Origin: Calcarisporiella thermophila CBS 279.70
Taxonomy: Eukaryota > Fungi > Calcarisporiellomycota
NCBI RefSeq assembly: GCF_041956535.1
Contig: NW_027192225.1
Coordinates: 2,890 to 66,889, forward strand
Length of the DNA stretch: 64,000 nt
Direction: 5' to 3'
This document shows, piece after piece, positions 23,928 to 36,955 of the stretch. The notes beneath the pieces were generated by a model. That model did not search any database, was not told the DNA's origin, and was given only the letters and a program-made list of their open reading frames with translations. Made by a program: the position numbers and the translations under genes. The stretch's first letter is position 1; every line of letters begins with the position of its first letter.

Positions 23928-24948
23928 TTATTGGGAGGTAGCCACCTCCTCCTGAGGCTGTTGCTCCTGAGACTTCTGCGAGCTGGCTTCCTTAGCTTGT
24001 TGTTGCTTCGCTTTCTTCTCCTCCGCCAGCTTCTTAGCCTCAGCGTGCACCGCCTGGATCATGGCACTCGAATGTGTGTATAGGGATTGCACGCGCTGGC
24101 CAGTCGGGCTCTGTAGCACCTGATTGGCTCGCTCCTGGCCCGAGGCGGCTGCCCCCTTGACCCGATCCTGCACCTTGAACTTCTCGTCGAGCTGCGTGGC
24201 CTTTTGGTGGACGGTGGTAGAGACTTTGTATTTTTCGTCGATCTGCTTCGCAATATCTTGGATCCGCTTGAGATAGGATTGTACGATGGTGCTGACGCTA
24301 TATTTCTCTATAAAAAATAAGGAGGAACAAGGTCAGACAAATGGTAGATGCAGAGCCGCTAGATTCTGATTTTACGATCAAGAGCCAACGCCTGGGACAC
24401 AATAGAATCCTGTAAGTTGTATCCTGCGGCCAAAATCTCCACCACCACTTTCGTGACCGGCTTCGATTCCTGTACGCTCTGGTCAGTCCCATTGCCGTCC
24501 TTATTCTCTTCGCTCGGAGCAACGCCTTCAAAGAAGTAGTCCACCGATACGTTCTGATCGCCAATCAGGGCATTGTTGAGCATGCATGCCGTCTTTGCGG
24601 CAGTTTCACGCTCAAACCAAACGAGTGCAGTCTGGTTATCATTCTCCGCCTCCCTATGGCAATGACATATCCAATGGGTATTGTGGCAATAAAAAACAGG
24701 CAGGGATAAGGGAGGCTTACTTTTGGAGCTCAAATTCCTTTATTTTCCCGCAGAACAGGAAGAAATCCTTGACTAAAAAGAAAGAGATAAAGGACATGTA
24801 CCGGTGTCCTCCCTCCACAAGAGAGTGGGCGGGGGAAAAGACCAATGGGCTAATTACCAGTCTTCTCAGAGACAGAGGGGGAGATGTTCTTTACCACCAC
24901 TATGCTGGGCGTGGGCTTCTCGGGGAGTTGTGTTTTCCAAGCTGTCAT
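23928..24948 (-). CDS. vip1: Vip1-like RRM protein (4 exons)
   Basis: Spliced VVVKNISPSVSEKTVKDFFLFCGKIKEFEL...ALVWFERETAAKTACMLNNA, ILAAGYNLQD and SPTGQRVQSLY, matching the fungal Vip1 family pattern. Confidence 0.8.
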
Positions 24949-25275
24949 TGTAGAGGACTATTATGTTTTTTATTATGGAAAAAGGTTAAAGGAGAATGAT
25001 TAGCAAAGTGGGGGTGGTGCTTAATTGGGGAAAGGGAGTGAGATAAAAAAAATCTCGCGAAGTCATTTTTCGAATTCGCGAACAAGTGCAAGCAACGTCA
25101 TATGCCTACGTATCCATCCCCATCCTTCTTAACCGCTTTCATTCACGCGGGTATGCATAAGAAATAAAAAAAAAATAAAACAAACCACCACAATCACTCT
25201 CTCTCCCTGTGCCCCTTACACCCACCTTGAGATACGCATGCGCACACAAAACAATTACATGTATCCAGCTGCTCA

Positions 25276-27415
25276 CTATTGCTGGTCACCCACAATTTTA
25301 TCTTGCTGCTGTTGCTGCTGTTGCTGCTCTGCTGCACTACGCCTTTTTTTGGCCGACTCTTTCAATCTATCCCATCTTTCCTTGTATTTGGTTAGGATAA
25401 CTTGCTACAAATTAAAATACAAAAGAGGCGGTTTTGTCTGTTAAACAAATTTCCGTCGGCAAATCACTTCTATGCCAATATACCTGTTTCTCATTTTCCA
25501 TCCGCATGCGACGTAACTCCTCCTCGAGCTCCCTTACCCTTTTCTGGAGCGACTGGGAATTCGCAACTAATCACCCAAAGGATGTATATGAATCTTGCCA
25601 GCAAAATCCAAAATTAAGGGTTCACTGTGGCTTACTAGCAGAATTCTCCGGCGAGGCTGCATTTTTCGCCATAGCCGAAGATCGCATTGACTCTTGGCTT
25701 TGCATAATCCTCTTGGCTTGACGTTGAACATCATTGCGAAATTGGAGAATACTACTACGTAAAAGATTGGCTTCTTCCGCGGCCTAATGTAAAAGTAGGA
25801 TTATTATTGTTTAGAGATAAAAGCGGTGAAGGAAACGGAGTTCAATAGAATGGTATAGCCTTCTCGATATGTGGAAGACAAAACTTGCCTTTTCTAACTG
25901 CAGAACTCTCCGAGAGAGTCTATGAGGAAAAAAAGAACAAACATACGTTAAAAAAGTGGAGCGATAAGAAAAAGGATAAAAGAGAGCACACAAACCGGTC
26001 AATGATAAGCTTTAGTTGTTGGTTCTCTATCGCATACTCTTCGACTGTCTTAGTTGGCGGGGCACTATAGAAAGGGCCAAGGTCAGTGAAATCTTTTCAA
26101 GAAATGAGTCTATCTACAATGGTGTGAGCATACAATGGTATTGACTGGGAGGGTGTATAGTAGCGTGATCCGCCCTTGCTGCTGGCAGCCAAGGAAGGGG
26201 GATTGGATTCCGCATTTGGATCTTGTTGACCCGAGGGGACAAAAAAATAGGATTCCAAGAGCTTGCTGGTGAGTTCGTCGACTGGGACGTTAGAAAGGGA
26301 AAAAAAAAAGTTGAAAAATCAGCTCATATAAGAATCGAAGGAGCGGAGACACTAACGCCTATCATTGATACCCAGCCCACTCTTTTCGCCATTGGAAAGG
26401 GCTTCCGGCTCCCGCTCAGGTAATAACGGCGCGGTGGTGAAAGCAACCGGATTAGAGAGCTTCTGCACTAGGGTTTCAACGGTCTCCCAGAATTTTTCAA
26501 AAGGGTCGGAATTATCTTCCTAAACAAGAACCAAAGATAATCGAATTAGGAGGGATGAATTCAGTTCATGGGTGGCTAGCCAGCGGGAAGTCTCACCTCT
26601 TTTCCAGTCTTTCCCTTGAGCATCATATACGATTCCGAAATCTCCTGCGAATTGGACGCATTTGGATACGCGTCGTGCGAAGAGCGAGAGTTTCTATCTA
26701 CACTGCCTTCTAGAGGGCATGATGTGGGGTTAGCTAAACTCTCCAAATAAATAATTAGGAAAGGTCAAGTTAACATGCCTTTATCCGCCCCTGAGTATAA
26801 ACCAGGTCCTAATCTCGAGGACCCACCACCCTCATTTTCTCGCTCTGCCTCACTCTCCGCACTTAGAGGCCGATTTGGGATGGGGCTGGAGAGTAATGCC
26901 GGGAGTGCTGAGTATTGAGACGGCGCAGACGCCGGCTTTAGGTGATTCGAGGGTGTATAGGCTCCTCCTGATCGAGTGGATGTTGGGGTGCTACTGGTAG
27001 GCTGACGTTTGCTCACACGTCGTTGCAATTCTTTTCCCTGCCGTGTATGATTCGCATAGAGGAGCTTGAGTGTACGCACGGCTTCTGGGTCGGAAGTGTA
27101 GTTGACCGCATGTAGGTATTGCTCTAAGGACGAACAAAGGCAAAGGATATTGTGTTAGGCGAGATTCAAAAGTAAATATGTAACAGGGTAGCATTAAAAG
27201 AATACCTGCAGCTCTGAAATGAGCCTCTATTGCCTTTGACCACTGCTCTCTCTCTGCATACTCTTCTGCCGCTGTGGCAAATGCATGTGCCTAGTTAACA
27301 CATTAGATGTTATTACTAATTGCCAACCATACACTTCACAATAATGTCACAGGCAAATGAAAGCTAGTATTCAAATCTAAAGGTGACTTACGGCATTAGC
27401 AGGGGAGTCCTCCAT
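25276..27415 (-). CDS. ATG38: Atg38/NRBF2-like MIT-domain coiled-coil protein (many short exons)
   Basis: Spliced MEDSPANAAHAFATAAEEYAEREQWSKAIEAHFRAAEQY...TLKLL (NRBF2-like MIT), DPFEKFWETVETLVQKLSNPVAFTTAPL, KTVEEYAIENQQLK, and C-terminal KYKERWDRLKESAKKRR plus polyQ. Confidence 0.75.
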
Positions 27416-27605
27416 GTTAAATCATTTGAGGAGCTGAACGATCGATATTAATAATTTTTATCTTTCACTCGTACTTTCATTTCCCTCCCTCCACCTGATA
27501 TTGATGTGACCGGTTATTTTGCCCTAACCCAACCTAAATAGTGTACAATTATTTGGTGCGCGTTGTCATCTTTGGCAATTGGACCATTGCATATATCGAC
27601 TAATA

Positions 27606-28751
27606 ATGGCGGACGCCGAACAACAAAACACCGCAAAATCCGTTCTTTACTGTGGCGGTTTGTACTTTTCTTTTCACTTGACTAGCTGTAAGATTAATAG
27701 TCTAATGCTCTTTTTTTTTTCAATATTAATTGACAGTGTGCACTATGCCACCCGAGGTAAGTTCTTGATTTCCCGTTTCCACTCGTCTTTCGCTTCCTTT
27801 TTATCGATTCTACTTGGCAACAGATGAGCTAATATATGGAGATCTCACCCATCTTTTGCATTTTCGTGCTTCTCATAATCGTATAGTACTGTGAATTCGG
27901 TCCTACCCCTGCGAAATGCAAGAAGTGGATTCAGAAAGCCCACGTGGATCTATACGAGCGGTATTACGGAACCCAGGGTTAGTCCGTTGCTTCTGTTTAT
28001 CTTCTTTCACTCGCTTTGTCTGACATCGCTTCTTATTATCCAAATTCAGAGTTGGAAAAGAAGATGGAGGAAGTCAGTGTGGATGATAAACCTGAACGTA
28101 AGTTTAACCGCTTAATGTATTATATCATTGTGTGAATGGGGTCTCACTACTAAGGGTATAACACATAGCTGAGGAAAAGAAGACAAAGGAGGAGAAAAAG
28201 CTGGAACGTGAGGCCGAGAAGAGAAAGGTAGGAATATTGTTTTTTCCCTATTGGATTCTGATCAATTTATATTTTTCTGCCTCCTTATTATTTGTTTCCA
28301 CTCCTATAGCACGCGAAAATACAGCTGAAACGTATCGAGCGCAATAAACGCAAGTCCGTCACGAGTATTTATGGCCTTGAAGTTTTCGGTATTTCTCTCC
28401 TCTACCTCTATCATACATCCCCTCTATTGATCATAAGCATAACCCCCTCTTCCGTGTGATAGGTGTGGATTTGAAGAAAGCCGCCAAGCTGTTTGCGAAC
28501 AAATATGCATGCGGTTCCTCAGTGGTTAAAAACCCACAAGGCCTGGATGAGATTGTGATCCAGGGGGATGTGATTGACGAAGTGCGGGAATTGATTCTCC
28601 AGACATGGAAGGAGGTAAGATTCCACTTTCATTTCTTCTGTGATGGAGCGTGTGAGATGAAGTGAAAAATATTTTATTTCAATAACTGTAGATCAATCCG
28701 GACAACGTCGAGATCGTAGAGGAGAAGAAGAAGAAGAAGAGCGAAAACTAA
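27606..28751 (+). CDS. TMA22: Translation machinery-associated protein 22 / DENR (SUI1 domain, 8 exons)
   Basis: Spliced VLYCGVCTMPPEYCEFG, RNKRKSVTSIYGLEVFGVDLKKAAKLFANKYACGSSV and DEIVIQGD. Confidence 0.95.
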
Positions 28752-29166
28752 GAGGGAGGGAACTTTGCCACAAAAATGCCAATGAACGGATGGACGGTTC
28801 TTTTTCCTCTGTAAGGCACAAGTTTTGCTCGTTCCATGTATATAGCGTTTCCCGGTAATATTCATGGTTCATTGGCTTGGGGAATGAAAAGAAAAAAAAA
28901 TCACATAAATATACTTATTTTGTTTTTAAATACACTGAATCAATGCCCTCCTCTCACAATCTTAATGATCAAATATACGCTAAAGCCTCATAAAAAAAAC
29001 GACCAAATCTTATATTGAATAAATGCCAGTGGCATTACGACTTTATTGATGACAGCGATTGGAGATATGGCCGCGGAAAACACAGCGGTCTCTCCAACTC
29101 CCAAAAAGATAAGAAAAAAAAGAAGATAGGAACGCGGGTAAGTCCCATTGTGGAGTTTACCCTGAT

Positions 29167-30543
29167 TTAAATATGGCAGTCCAAATAGCCTTTATCCAAC
29201 AACCCAACCACAATCATACGCTTCCTATCAGCATCAATCAGAGCAGTACTGGAGGTGGAGTAATTTGCGCCGGGATCGCTCAGAACAGTGGCCCACTCAT
29301 TACGTGGCGTATCCAATGACAGAACCAGTGAGCTTGGATGCCTATTCATGGTAGCTAGTTCGCTGCACTTGCCCATCATACCCATCACTTCCATTGCATT
29401 CGGGTGCGCCGCAGCCACTACCCGCCCTTGTTTGGGTTCGTAATCCAGGTTGTCCAGGGCGTAGCCCGTGTAAACACTCTTAGTTTTTTTGAGAATGGGT
29501 GATTCATGCGACCAATTGATGCTATATTCGCTAATGTCGCCGGTGACTGTACTGGCCACGTAAACATGTTGGCCGCTAACATCGGTTGCGATTCCGTTAG
29601 GGAAGGCAAGGCCGCTGATGACGGTATGCACAACGTCCTTTTGTGCATCGTAGAAGGCCACGGTGGTAAGAGGGATCCCGAGCAAGACCTCTGCCACTTT
29701 CAGGAGGACGTGGGATAAGTACGAGTCGTTGGTCAAGAAGAAGGAGGGCGTCCCGTCTTTGCCCCTGCGCTGATCAACCACCACCAGTCCATTGGGGCTG
29801 AAAATGTGAGGGGAACGGATGGTGCGATGGTGAACAAGACCATCCGCGGAGAGGGTGCTCGAGTCCTCGGGAATGCGGTAGTGGAAGATTTCCACAGTCC
29901 CATTATTGGGGAGGTATCGGTTAATAACGGCGAGGGTCAGCTTGGACGGATCAGCTTCATCGTCGGAGACACTAATTCCTACGGGGCGGAATGCGGGGGT
30001 ACTAATTGACGGGATGGAGAGCTTTACGGGCACAGAAGGATCCTGCACAAGGGGGTGGAGGCAATGGAGAATTAATAGAGGGAGAGGAGTAGACCGCTGG
30101 TGGATTTTCCAGTTACTTTATCTAGACTTGTCACCCATATTTCGCCAAAACTTTTTTCGGATTCATTGTCACAGTAGGGGTATGTTTTGTATCGGTCGGA
30201 TTCGCACGACAAAAAGACTAGCCCCGAGGGACGATGAATAGCAGCATCTTCACAGTGGATAGGTCCTACGCGAAAGAATCAAGTTTACAACTTCGTTCTC
30301 AACGCCAGACCACAGATAGGTTCTACCCTGTATTTTTTGGCATTTGTCAATGTTGTAACTCTCAACCACGCGTCTCAGGCCTAGAATCTCAACCTTGTGC
30401 TTAACTAAGGTGAAAATGCTGCATGAGTAATATAAACATGGCAACAGAGTCCTTCACTCTAAGACCCTACTAGTTTTATAAAACCGAGCTGAGAACAGCG
30501 CCACCAGCACCGAAATGAGGATGAAAAAGCGTGAAAAGTACAT
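29167..30543 (-). CDS. Paraoxonase/arylesterase-like six-bladed beta-propeller with N-terminal signal/anchor (4 exons)
   Basis: Hydrophobic N-terminus, GPIHCED, SPNG, FFLTND, LAFPNGI and LDNL motifs of the PON family. Confidence 0.85.
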
Positions 30544-31971
30544 CTCGAAGGGTATTTATAAACCACTTCTTTAAAACAAAACTTGAAGAGCCGGTGCACG
30601 TATTCGAGGGAAATTCCCAGCTGCATGTGACGGAGGAGGCGAACTTGGCCAAGTCTCCTACGCCTCACTTCATTCTGACCGTCTAAGGAAAGTAGATTCA
30701 CGAATCCTACTCGAAACAAATTTGGGATGCTTTTACAAAACTCAATTGTCCATACATGGAAAGCATTTTTTTCTCTTAATTTTCGCCTCCTGAATAAGAA
30801 CTTGGGTAGACCTCCTTATGCGGCGTAAAAATTTTTGCGGAATAGTACAAATCCAAGTCGAACTGTCTTTCTCCGGGTCGATAAATCTCTCTGAAAACCT
30901 GGTGACTGCCATCCATTCAAACCACCCAAAATAATAAGACCCTTACATTTATTCCTAAACACAGTCTAGGAAAATAATTGGATTGGCTCCAGATTTTCTA
31001 CTTTGGCTCTCCTGTAATAAAGAATAAAGAGCACCATTAATGCCATGGGGTTTGGCGTAATAAGAGTTATATATCCAATGAGTTCCTTGGGCTGCCTATT
31101 GATTTGTCTCACTAATTTTTTTTCGCACTCCAGATGAATTTATACTCACAGGTCTAAAGGCGGTGGCGACATGTTTTTGGTTCATAGATTATCTGGAATT
31201 ACATTTATCGAGGTCGGGTTGTACCAAACAAATTGAAACTAGTTTATTTCCTCCCTTGCCTCATTTAAAAGGTAAAGAATGCGTTCCAAAACCATGGCCT
31301 AGATTGGGCCTCCAAAAGGTCGGACTGAATTCAACATGCGGCGAGGCGGATATACTTGAGACCCTTTTCGACACCGCTCAATATGTCTTCTATGGAAAGT
31401 GTTGGTTTACTTTTAAAGCTAAAGGGGATGGCATGTTTCATAAATTAAAGACAGTATTGCGTAGTGTATCAAGCTTTGACAATTAATCAATTTAGAACTC
31501 CTAGTGGCCGAATCCATTTTTCTCTTGTAATGTCCTTCAGATACTTTTATAGTCTAGAGGTGACACCCAACACAAAAACGAAAAAATTCTTGGAGAAAAG
31601 ACCGCCAACAATCCACCCTTTGCGTTGATGAATCTTCAATATTTATCGAGGAAGATCAACAATGCGACCATTTGAGGCCAGCTAAGCATTTGCGTCGCAA
31701 AGAGAACATAGCGATTGAAGTGTCATCATAATTTGAGCTAATAAAGAAATTCAAGGTCAATGAGAGATGAGCACGCAGACAGAAGCGAGAGTTATCCAAG
31801 TATCGAAGAGGTCGGGTTTATTTGAACCTTGTTAAATATAGTCCAGAAGAGTAACAAAGAGCAAAAAAACTTGTCATAAGAGAGGGGAAAAATAATAATG
31901 AAATAACAATCTATAATAAACAATGGGTGGAATTGGCAAAAAAGATAAAAATAAAAGATAAATAATAAGAA

Positions 31972-33768
31972 TTAAATGCCAGGATAATTAGAGACCTCGG
32001 AATTTGATAAGAGGTGGGCGGATGCGAGATCACCAAAGAGAGCCTCATAGCCATCATCATTATTAGCGTTGTATGAGACGGACATCGGGGAGGAAGCCAG
32101 CTCATCCTCTAGCTTAGACCAGGCTAGCGTCGGCTCTCCCTCCACTTCCTCTGAGCCAAGCTCTGTCTCCTCGATTAGATCCATGCCTACATCACTACCG
32201 CGCGGAGACTGGTAGTTGTATCCCTCCAGCAAGAATGGAGAGAAGCTACGGGTCTCATGTCTGTTGTAGTGGGAACGATGGTGTTGGAAATGGTGGAGAA
32301 GCTGTTTTGGGTAGTGGGCAAAGGGGTGGGAGTAGGGCGAGAAATGGGCGCTCCTCTTCCTCCACATATCAGAGGAGTACATGGTCTGAGCGGCGGCGGA
32401 AGAGGCCATGGAGGACTCGAGGTGCTTGGCGTGGGTTCGCTTATGTACAGTAAGGCTGTCGGAGCGAGTGAAGGTCTTTCCGCACAAGGGACACTCATAC
32501 GGCCGAATATTAGTGTGCGATCGAATGTGCCGCTTCCAGTGCTGGTGGCGCTTGAACTGCCGCACACATCCAGGATAGGGGCAGACGAATGGGCGGGGCT
32601 CTGCGAAATCATCTGTGGAGGGGGTGCCCTGTCGTGAAGTAGGCATCGGCATGAAGTGCTTTCCCATGACAGCCGCCATCATCCATTCTTCGGGATTGCC
32701 CGGAGGTTCAGAGCCGGCAACGCGGCGAGAGGATGGATACATGCCGAAGGGGAAGGGCTCTGGGGTGGACGTATGGCAGCGACCGGCAGACATGGAGAAG
32801 GGTGAATGGGCCGCACCGCTTGTCGGATCCCACTGGGATGGGAGGAGATGGGGCGAGATATGATCCAGTGAGGCGGCTCGGTCCCAGCGTGCCCATACGC
32901 GCGAGCCCAAATCCGAGGCAACTGAAGGCACGGCGTCAATTGAGAATCTCTGGTTCCTGTTCGGCTCCGCTTGCCCATACGCCTCGGGATCTAAGCCAGG
33001 GGTCGAGGAGTAGCTTCGGGGCTTGACGGGTGTCGACCTCTCATCGGGAGTACACTGGTCAGGCTCGGTGGGGGCGGGGGTGGCCGAATGGTCGAAAGCC
33101 TCGGAGGCTCCTCCACCTCCGGCCAGACCTGTGTCGGTGCCTGTTCCAGTGCCGGTGCTCGAGTCCTCTGATTCGTTTCCAAGGAGGGAGCTCCGCAGTT
33201 CGAAGAAGGCGTTATCGGTCACGTCCGCGCTAATGGTGATAGCGGGCTCTGACACGGCTGTGCTGGTTGGCGTCATGCCTTTCCTCTCTCTGCGGATGTC
33301 TCTCTCGAGGGCATCGAGGAAGAGGCGATCATGCGGCACCGAAAACCAATAGTACACCTTTTGCTTTTTAAGGGTCCGGATGCAATTGTTCTTGTGCAGC
33401 AACTCCAGGAACTCACTCCTGGTTTCCTCGAGGACCGCGTCGTGACCCGGGCGTAAGTGCCGCATGTCGCTGAAGACGCCCTCTTCGAATTTTTTGAGGT
33501 TGGTGACGGGGCGTCCGAACGCCTCGAACCGGTACACCAGAGCGCGCAGAATATCGGTGGAGGTGATGTGGAAGAGCTCGTTCCAGAGCACGCAGGTGAT
33601 CTGCTCTCCATTGGGGAGCCGATACTGGCTCATGGTTTTCTCGCTCTCCATCATGGATGCGGGCGCAGTGGCCAGAAAGTAGCGCAACGCCTCGATTTGG
33701 GTCATACGCTCCTCCTGCGGAGTGGAGAGGGCACTGAAATTACCGGTGAATTTCTTATCTTGTGGCAT
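31972..33768 (-). CDS. STE12: Ste12-like transcription factor (STE domain + 2 C2H2 fingers), single coding exon
   Basis: CVLWNELFHIT, KKFEEGVFSD, CIRTLKKQKVYYWFSVPHDRLFLDALERD; fingers CPYPGC...H...H and CPLC...RSD...H...H. Confidence 0.93.
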   Translation of the reverse strand: MPQDKKFTGNFSALSTPQEERMTQIEALRYFLATAPASMMESEKTMSQYRLPNGEQITCVLWNELFHITSTDILRALVYRFEAFGRPVTNLKKFEEGVFSDMRHLRPGHDAVLEETRSEFLELLHKNNCIRTLKKQKVYYWFSVPHDRLFLDALERDIRRERKGMTPTSTAVSEPAITISADVTDNAFFELRSSLLGNESEDSSTGTGTGTDTGLAGGGGASEAFDHSATPAPTEPDQCTPDERSTPVKPRSYSSTPGLDPEAYGQAEPNRNQRFSIDAVPSVASDLGSRVWARWDRAASLDHISPHLLPSQWDPTSGAAHSPFSMSAGRCHTSTPEPFPFGMYPSSRRVAGSEPPGNPEEWMMAAVMGKHFMPMPTSRQGTPSTDDFAEPRPFVCPYPGCVRQFKRHQHWKRHIRSHTNIRPYECPLCGKTFTRSDSLTVHKRTHAKHLESSMASSAAAQTMYSSDMWRKRSAHFSPYSHPFAHYPKQLLHHFQHHRSHYNRHETRSFSPFLLEGYNYQSPRGSDVGMDLIEETELGSEEVEGEPTLAWSKLEDELASSPMSVSYNANNDDGYEALFGDLASAHLLSNSEVSNYPGI

Positions 33769-34278
33769 TATCGAATGAGTCTAAGAAAGGGGTGGGATGC
33801 TAGAGTAGAAAGTGGATGGGGTGGATAAATATAGAGAGATAAATAGGGCAAGAGAAAGATGCAATAATAATAGATAATGAGAAAAATGAAGAATTAGATG
33901 GTACACCCTCTAGGATGAATTAGAAGACTATTAAAAACGAGGGTGGGATTGCCAATGCTGAGTGAATTAAATAACCGGTTGATAGTAGGAGCAAGAGATG
34001 ATTATGGTGCAGTAGACTCTCTTCAATTATAAGACATAATAGGAGGTGGTTTTCCCAAGTATTGAATGGGTAAATAGAGGAATAAGCTGCGTTTAGGATA
34101 GAGGGAATACTATGGGAGGGGGAGGTGTGTTGAGAATGGGAGGAGTGGGGGCGGGGGAGGGGAGGGGGCGAGAAGAAGAGAGGTGCTTTTGAACGGTTTG
34201 ACGAAGAGAAGTGAAGAGAGAGAGAAAAGAAGAGGAGGAGGGAAATGAAAGAGGACGGGACGGCAGTAGGAGACCGAA

Positions 34279-34290
34279 ATATATATAAAT
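34279..34290 (-). promoter_or_regulatory. Probable TATA box of STE12
   Basis: TTTATATATAT on the minus strand followed by a long CT-rich tract toward the gene. Confidence 0.5.
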
Positions 34291-36955
34291 GATCGAGCTA
34301 AATGAGGTAGATGATACGATTGTCCACCCTGAACCCGAGACATTTCATTCTGAATTTATTGCGACTTGCTATTATATTCTGTTGGGCATCTTTGGGCAAG
34401 CAAGCCATTTCTGCAGCGGTGATCGGGGTGCAACGTGCCACGAAGTGATATATCTCATCAATATAGCGGTTTAGTAATTGAACCAACTCCCTCCCCAAAT
34501 CTTAAGACTTAATCATTTGTGTGATGGCCCTAGCACGGCTCATGCGCTTGGCTCGCAACGATGAAATTGGAATTTCCCCCCGGTCCTCGTTCGTCTTGTT
34601 TCTCATTAATTCCCCTCCCTGTTCAATTCATCGGGCGCAGCCACCCATCCTCGGAAAGGAAGGGGCTTTCATGTGGTTGAGCCCATGAGATTCAATCCTC
34701 GTCATCATACTCCTTCATTACACGGTTTCATGGCAACTTCTCGAAATAGCCGCTCCCGGTGGTCCTGCTATTTTTAAGTCATTTCATATTTCAGCTTTAT
34801 TTTTAATATCTCGCCTTTTCTGATTAGTGTGCGCGGTATGACTTTAGCCACCCGCCAGGACATCGCGAGGCAAGAGGGGCACTGGATCCTTATAGGTGTA
34901 GCCATGACGTTATTGAACCCTCCTCTCCCTCCCCTTAGCCTTGCCTCCTGCGGATTCACTCTCAAGGTTGGGCCTATCCCTTGCAGCTCGAGAGGGGGAG
35001 AGAAGGAGCCAAAATAGAATTGGGAAGCGCAATTTCCCCCCCGTCAATAGACTCTCGGAGGTAACCTACCGGAGACTTCCATTGTCCCATTCCAGAACTC
35101 AATTCGATTCAATAACGCCCCTATGGAAACTCTGAGCTTTTTTTATTTTCTTGGTGAATGGGCCTCATGGAGGAAAAGGGCCGACCTTGTTTTAAAATTT
35201 AAGCTTCTAAATAGCAATATGTATACTTCGGGATCGCGATGCTAATTGAGAAGCCAAAGTCGAGCTGGGAAAAGTAGCCGTTGGCTTGGATTTTTTTTTT
35301 TTCACGGGAATCTTGGGGCCTCGTTTCCCTCGAGTGCCTTTCAGGAGACATTGGGGAGGCGCGGGAGCCGATACTGCGTCGGGATCTCTGCCACCGCTTT
35401 CCGACGGCGGAAAACACTAAGATAGGGAGGCCCCGCTGGTGCGCGAAATAGGGTTAGCAGTGGACAGAACCACTTAGGCTTCCCACATGCGCCTAAGCTA
35501 TCGATCTCGACTGCTTACGAGACGAGCACAAAGTTACAAATATGAAACCGCTTACAAACTGCAATTGCACGTGGAAGAGTGGATAGGTTGAGGGCGGCCA
35601 CCTCAAATGAGGAGAGAGTTGGGCTTAGCGCCAGGGCCTTGTCTCGCTTCCGAGACGAGGTCAGCAGAACGGGGAAGTGTGGCCCCCACGGGATGCAGGG
35701 GAAGAGTGCGCCGGTAGGCGTTTGAGAGTCGGGTGGGAAAGCGCAATGCGGGCGCGGCTCGCCATGTGCTTTCTTGGAGTGCCGGGGCGGCGGTAGGAAA
35801 TGAGCCGTGCACGATCGAAAGGTGCTGGAGTGGGGTGATGTGCTGGCCTAATTGCGTCGAAAACGAGCCGCCGCAATTCACCCTCCGACCGCTCTGTGCA
35901 ATGGACAGAGACGCGTGGGCCCGAGATTTCCACCCGATCCTCGTGTTGCTGAGCTGGTGTCCTTGGCGGCTGGAGGCGACCCCGCTCGCGCCTGCCCTCG
36001 GGGAAAAATGGTTAGGATCAAGGATTTCCCGTCTTTCCGTGCGGTGGCTTTTGGCCCCCGCTACGCTTCCATCCAAGAGCTCTCACAATTAGTACTTCCA
36101 ATTTACAATTCGGCTGGTGCATTTTGACTTTGCTTTCCCTTCCTTTGTGGCCAGCAGACGCAATGCTACACTTGCGGATTAGTCATAGGCACCAAAAAAG
36201 ACTAGATCCATTTTCACTGGGTTCCGATCTGGAGCAGTCTACATGGAAGGCTACAGCGTAGTACGCGTAGATCTCCTCAGCAGTGGATTGGAAGGGGGAA
36301 GGAGCATGGGGCGAGGGCGGCGGCGGAGGCCCAGCGGGTCTCGCCAAGTATGTGGGCGCATCTCCGCGGAGGAAAATCCCGGCCGACAGCCCGATGCAAA
36401 TTGAGAAGCAATTAGGAAGGGATTCGGCCGCTGCATGGAACATCCGTAGGGTTGCAGAGACGGCATCAAAACAACCTGGGTCAGTTGACGACATCTCCCT
36501 GCCTCGCCTCCCTGCAGCGCGAGGAAGGGACGGAGCCAGCGCTGGAGGCTAAATCATCTTGTATCCCAACGAAGCTTCTGTGAGGCTCTCGTAAGGGTTA
36601 CAGGAAAATGACTTTGTGGCCTTGTAACGCGCTGTCGGGCGATCGCCTCCAACCCCATTAGCACCTTCTCTCTGCGTTAGAGTTTTGTGACTGGAGAACC
36701 AAAAAAATCCCGCTGATTTCTTATTAAATGTATGTTCTATTTTTTTTAGTTTTAGAGGAGGGTTACTCGCAATCTTAATACAGCATATACCTCTCGTTCG
36801 ACCTCGTGCTATGTTTATATAAATATATATTATCAGATGCTCTTCAAGGTAAATCTTGCCCGTCGCTGCTTCGCTCCCTCTCCTCTTTTCTCCTCGTTTC
36901 TTGTCTGTCGCCTCTTCTCCTTCCCTCCCCTCTCCTCTGTTCTTGGGCGCCTATC

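Noticed and set aside
25303-25334. CAG/CAA microsatellite as a separate repeat
   Set aside because: It is the polyQ coding tail of the Atg38-like gene.
34500-36600. Several 70-157-aa ORFs upstream of STE12
   Set aside because: Overlapping on both strands with no motifs; expected in GC-rich regulatory DNA.
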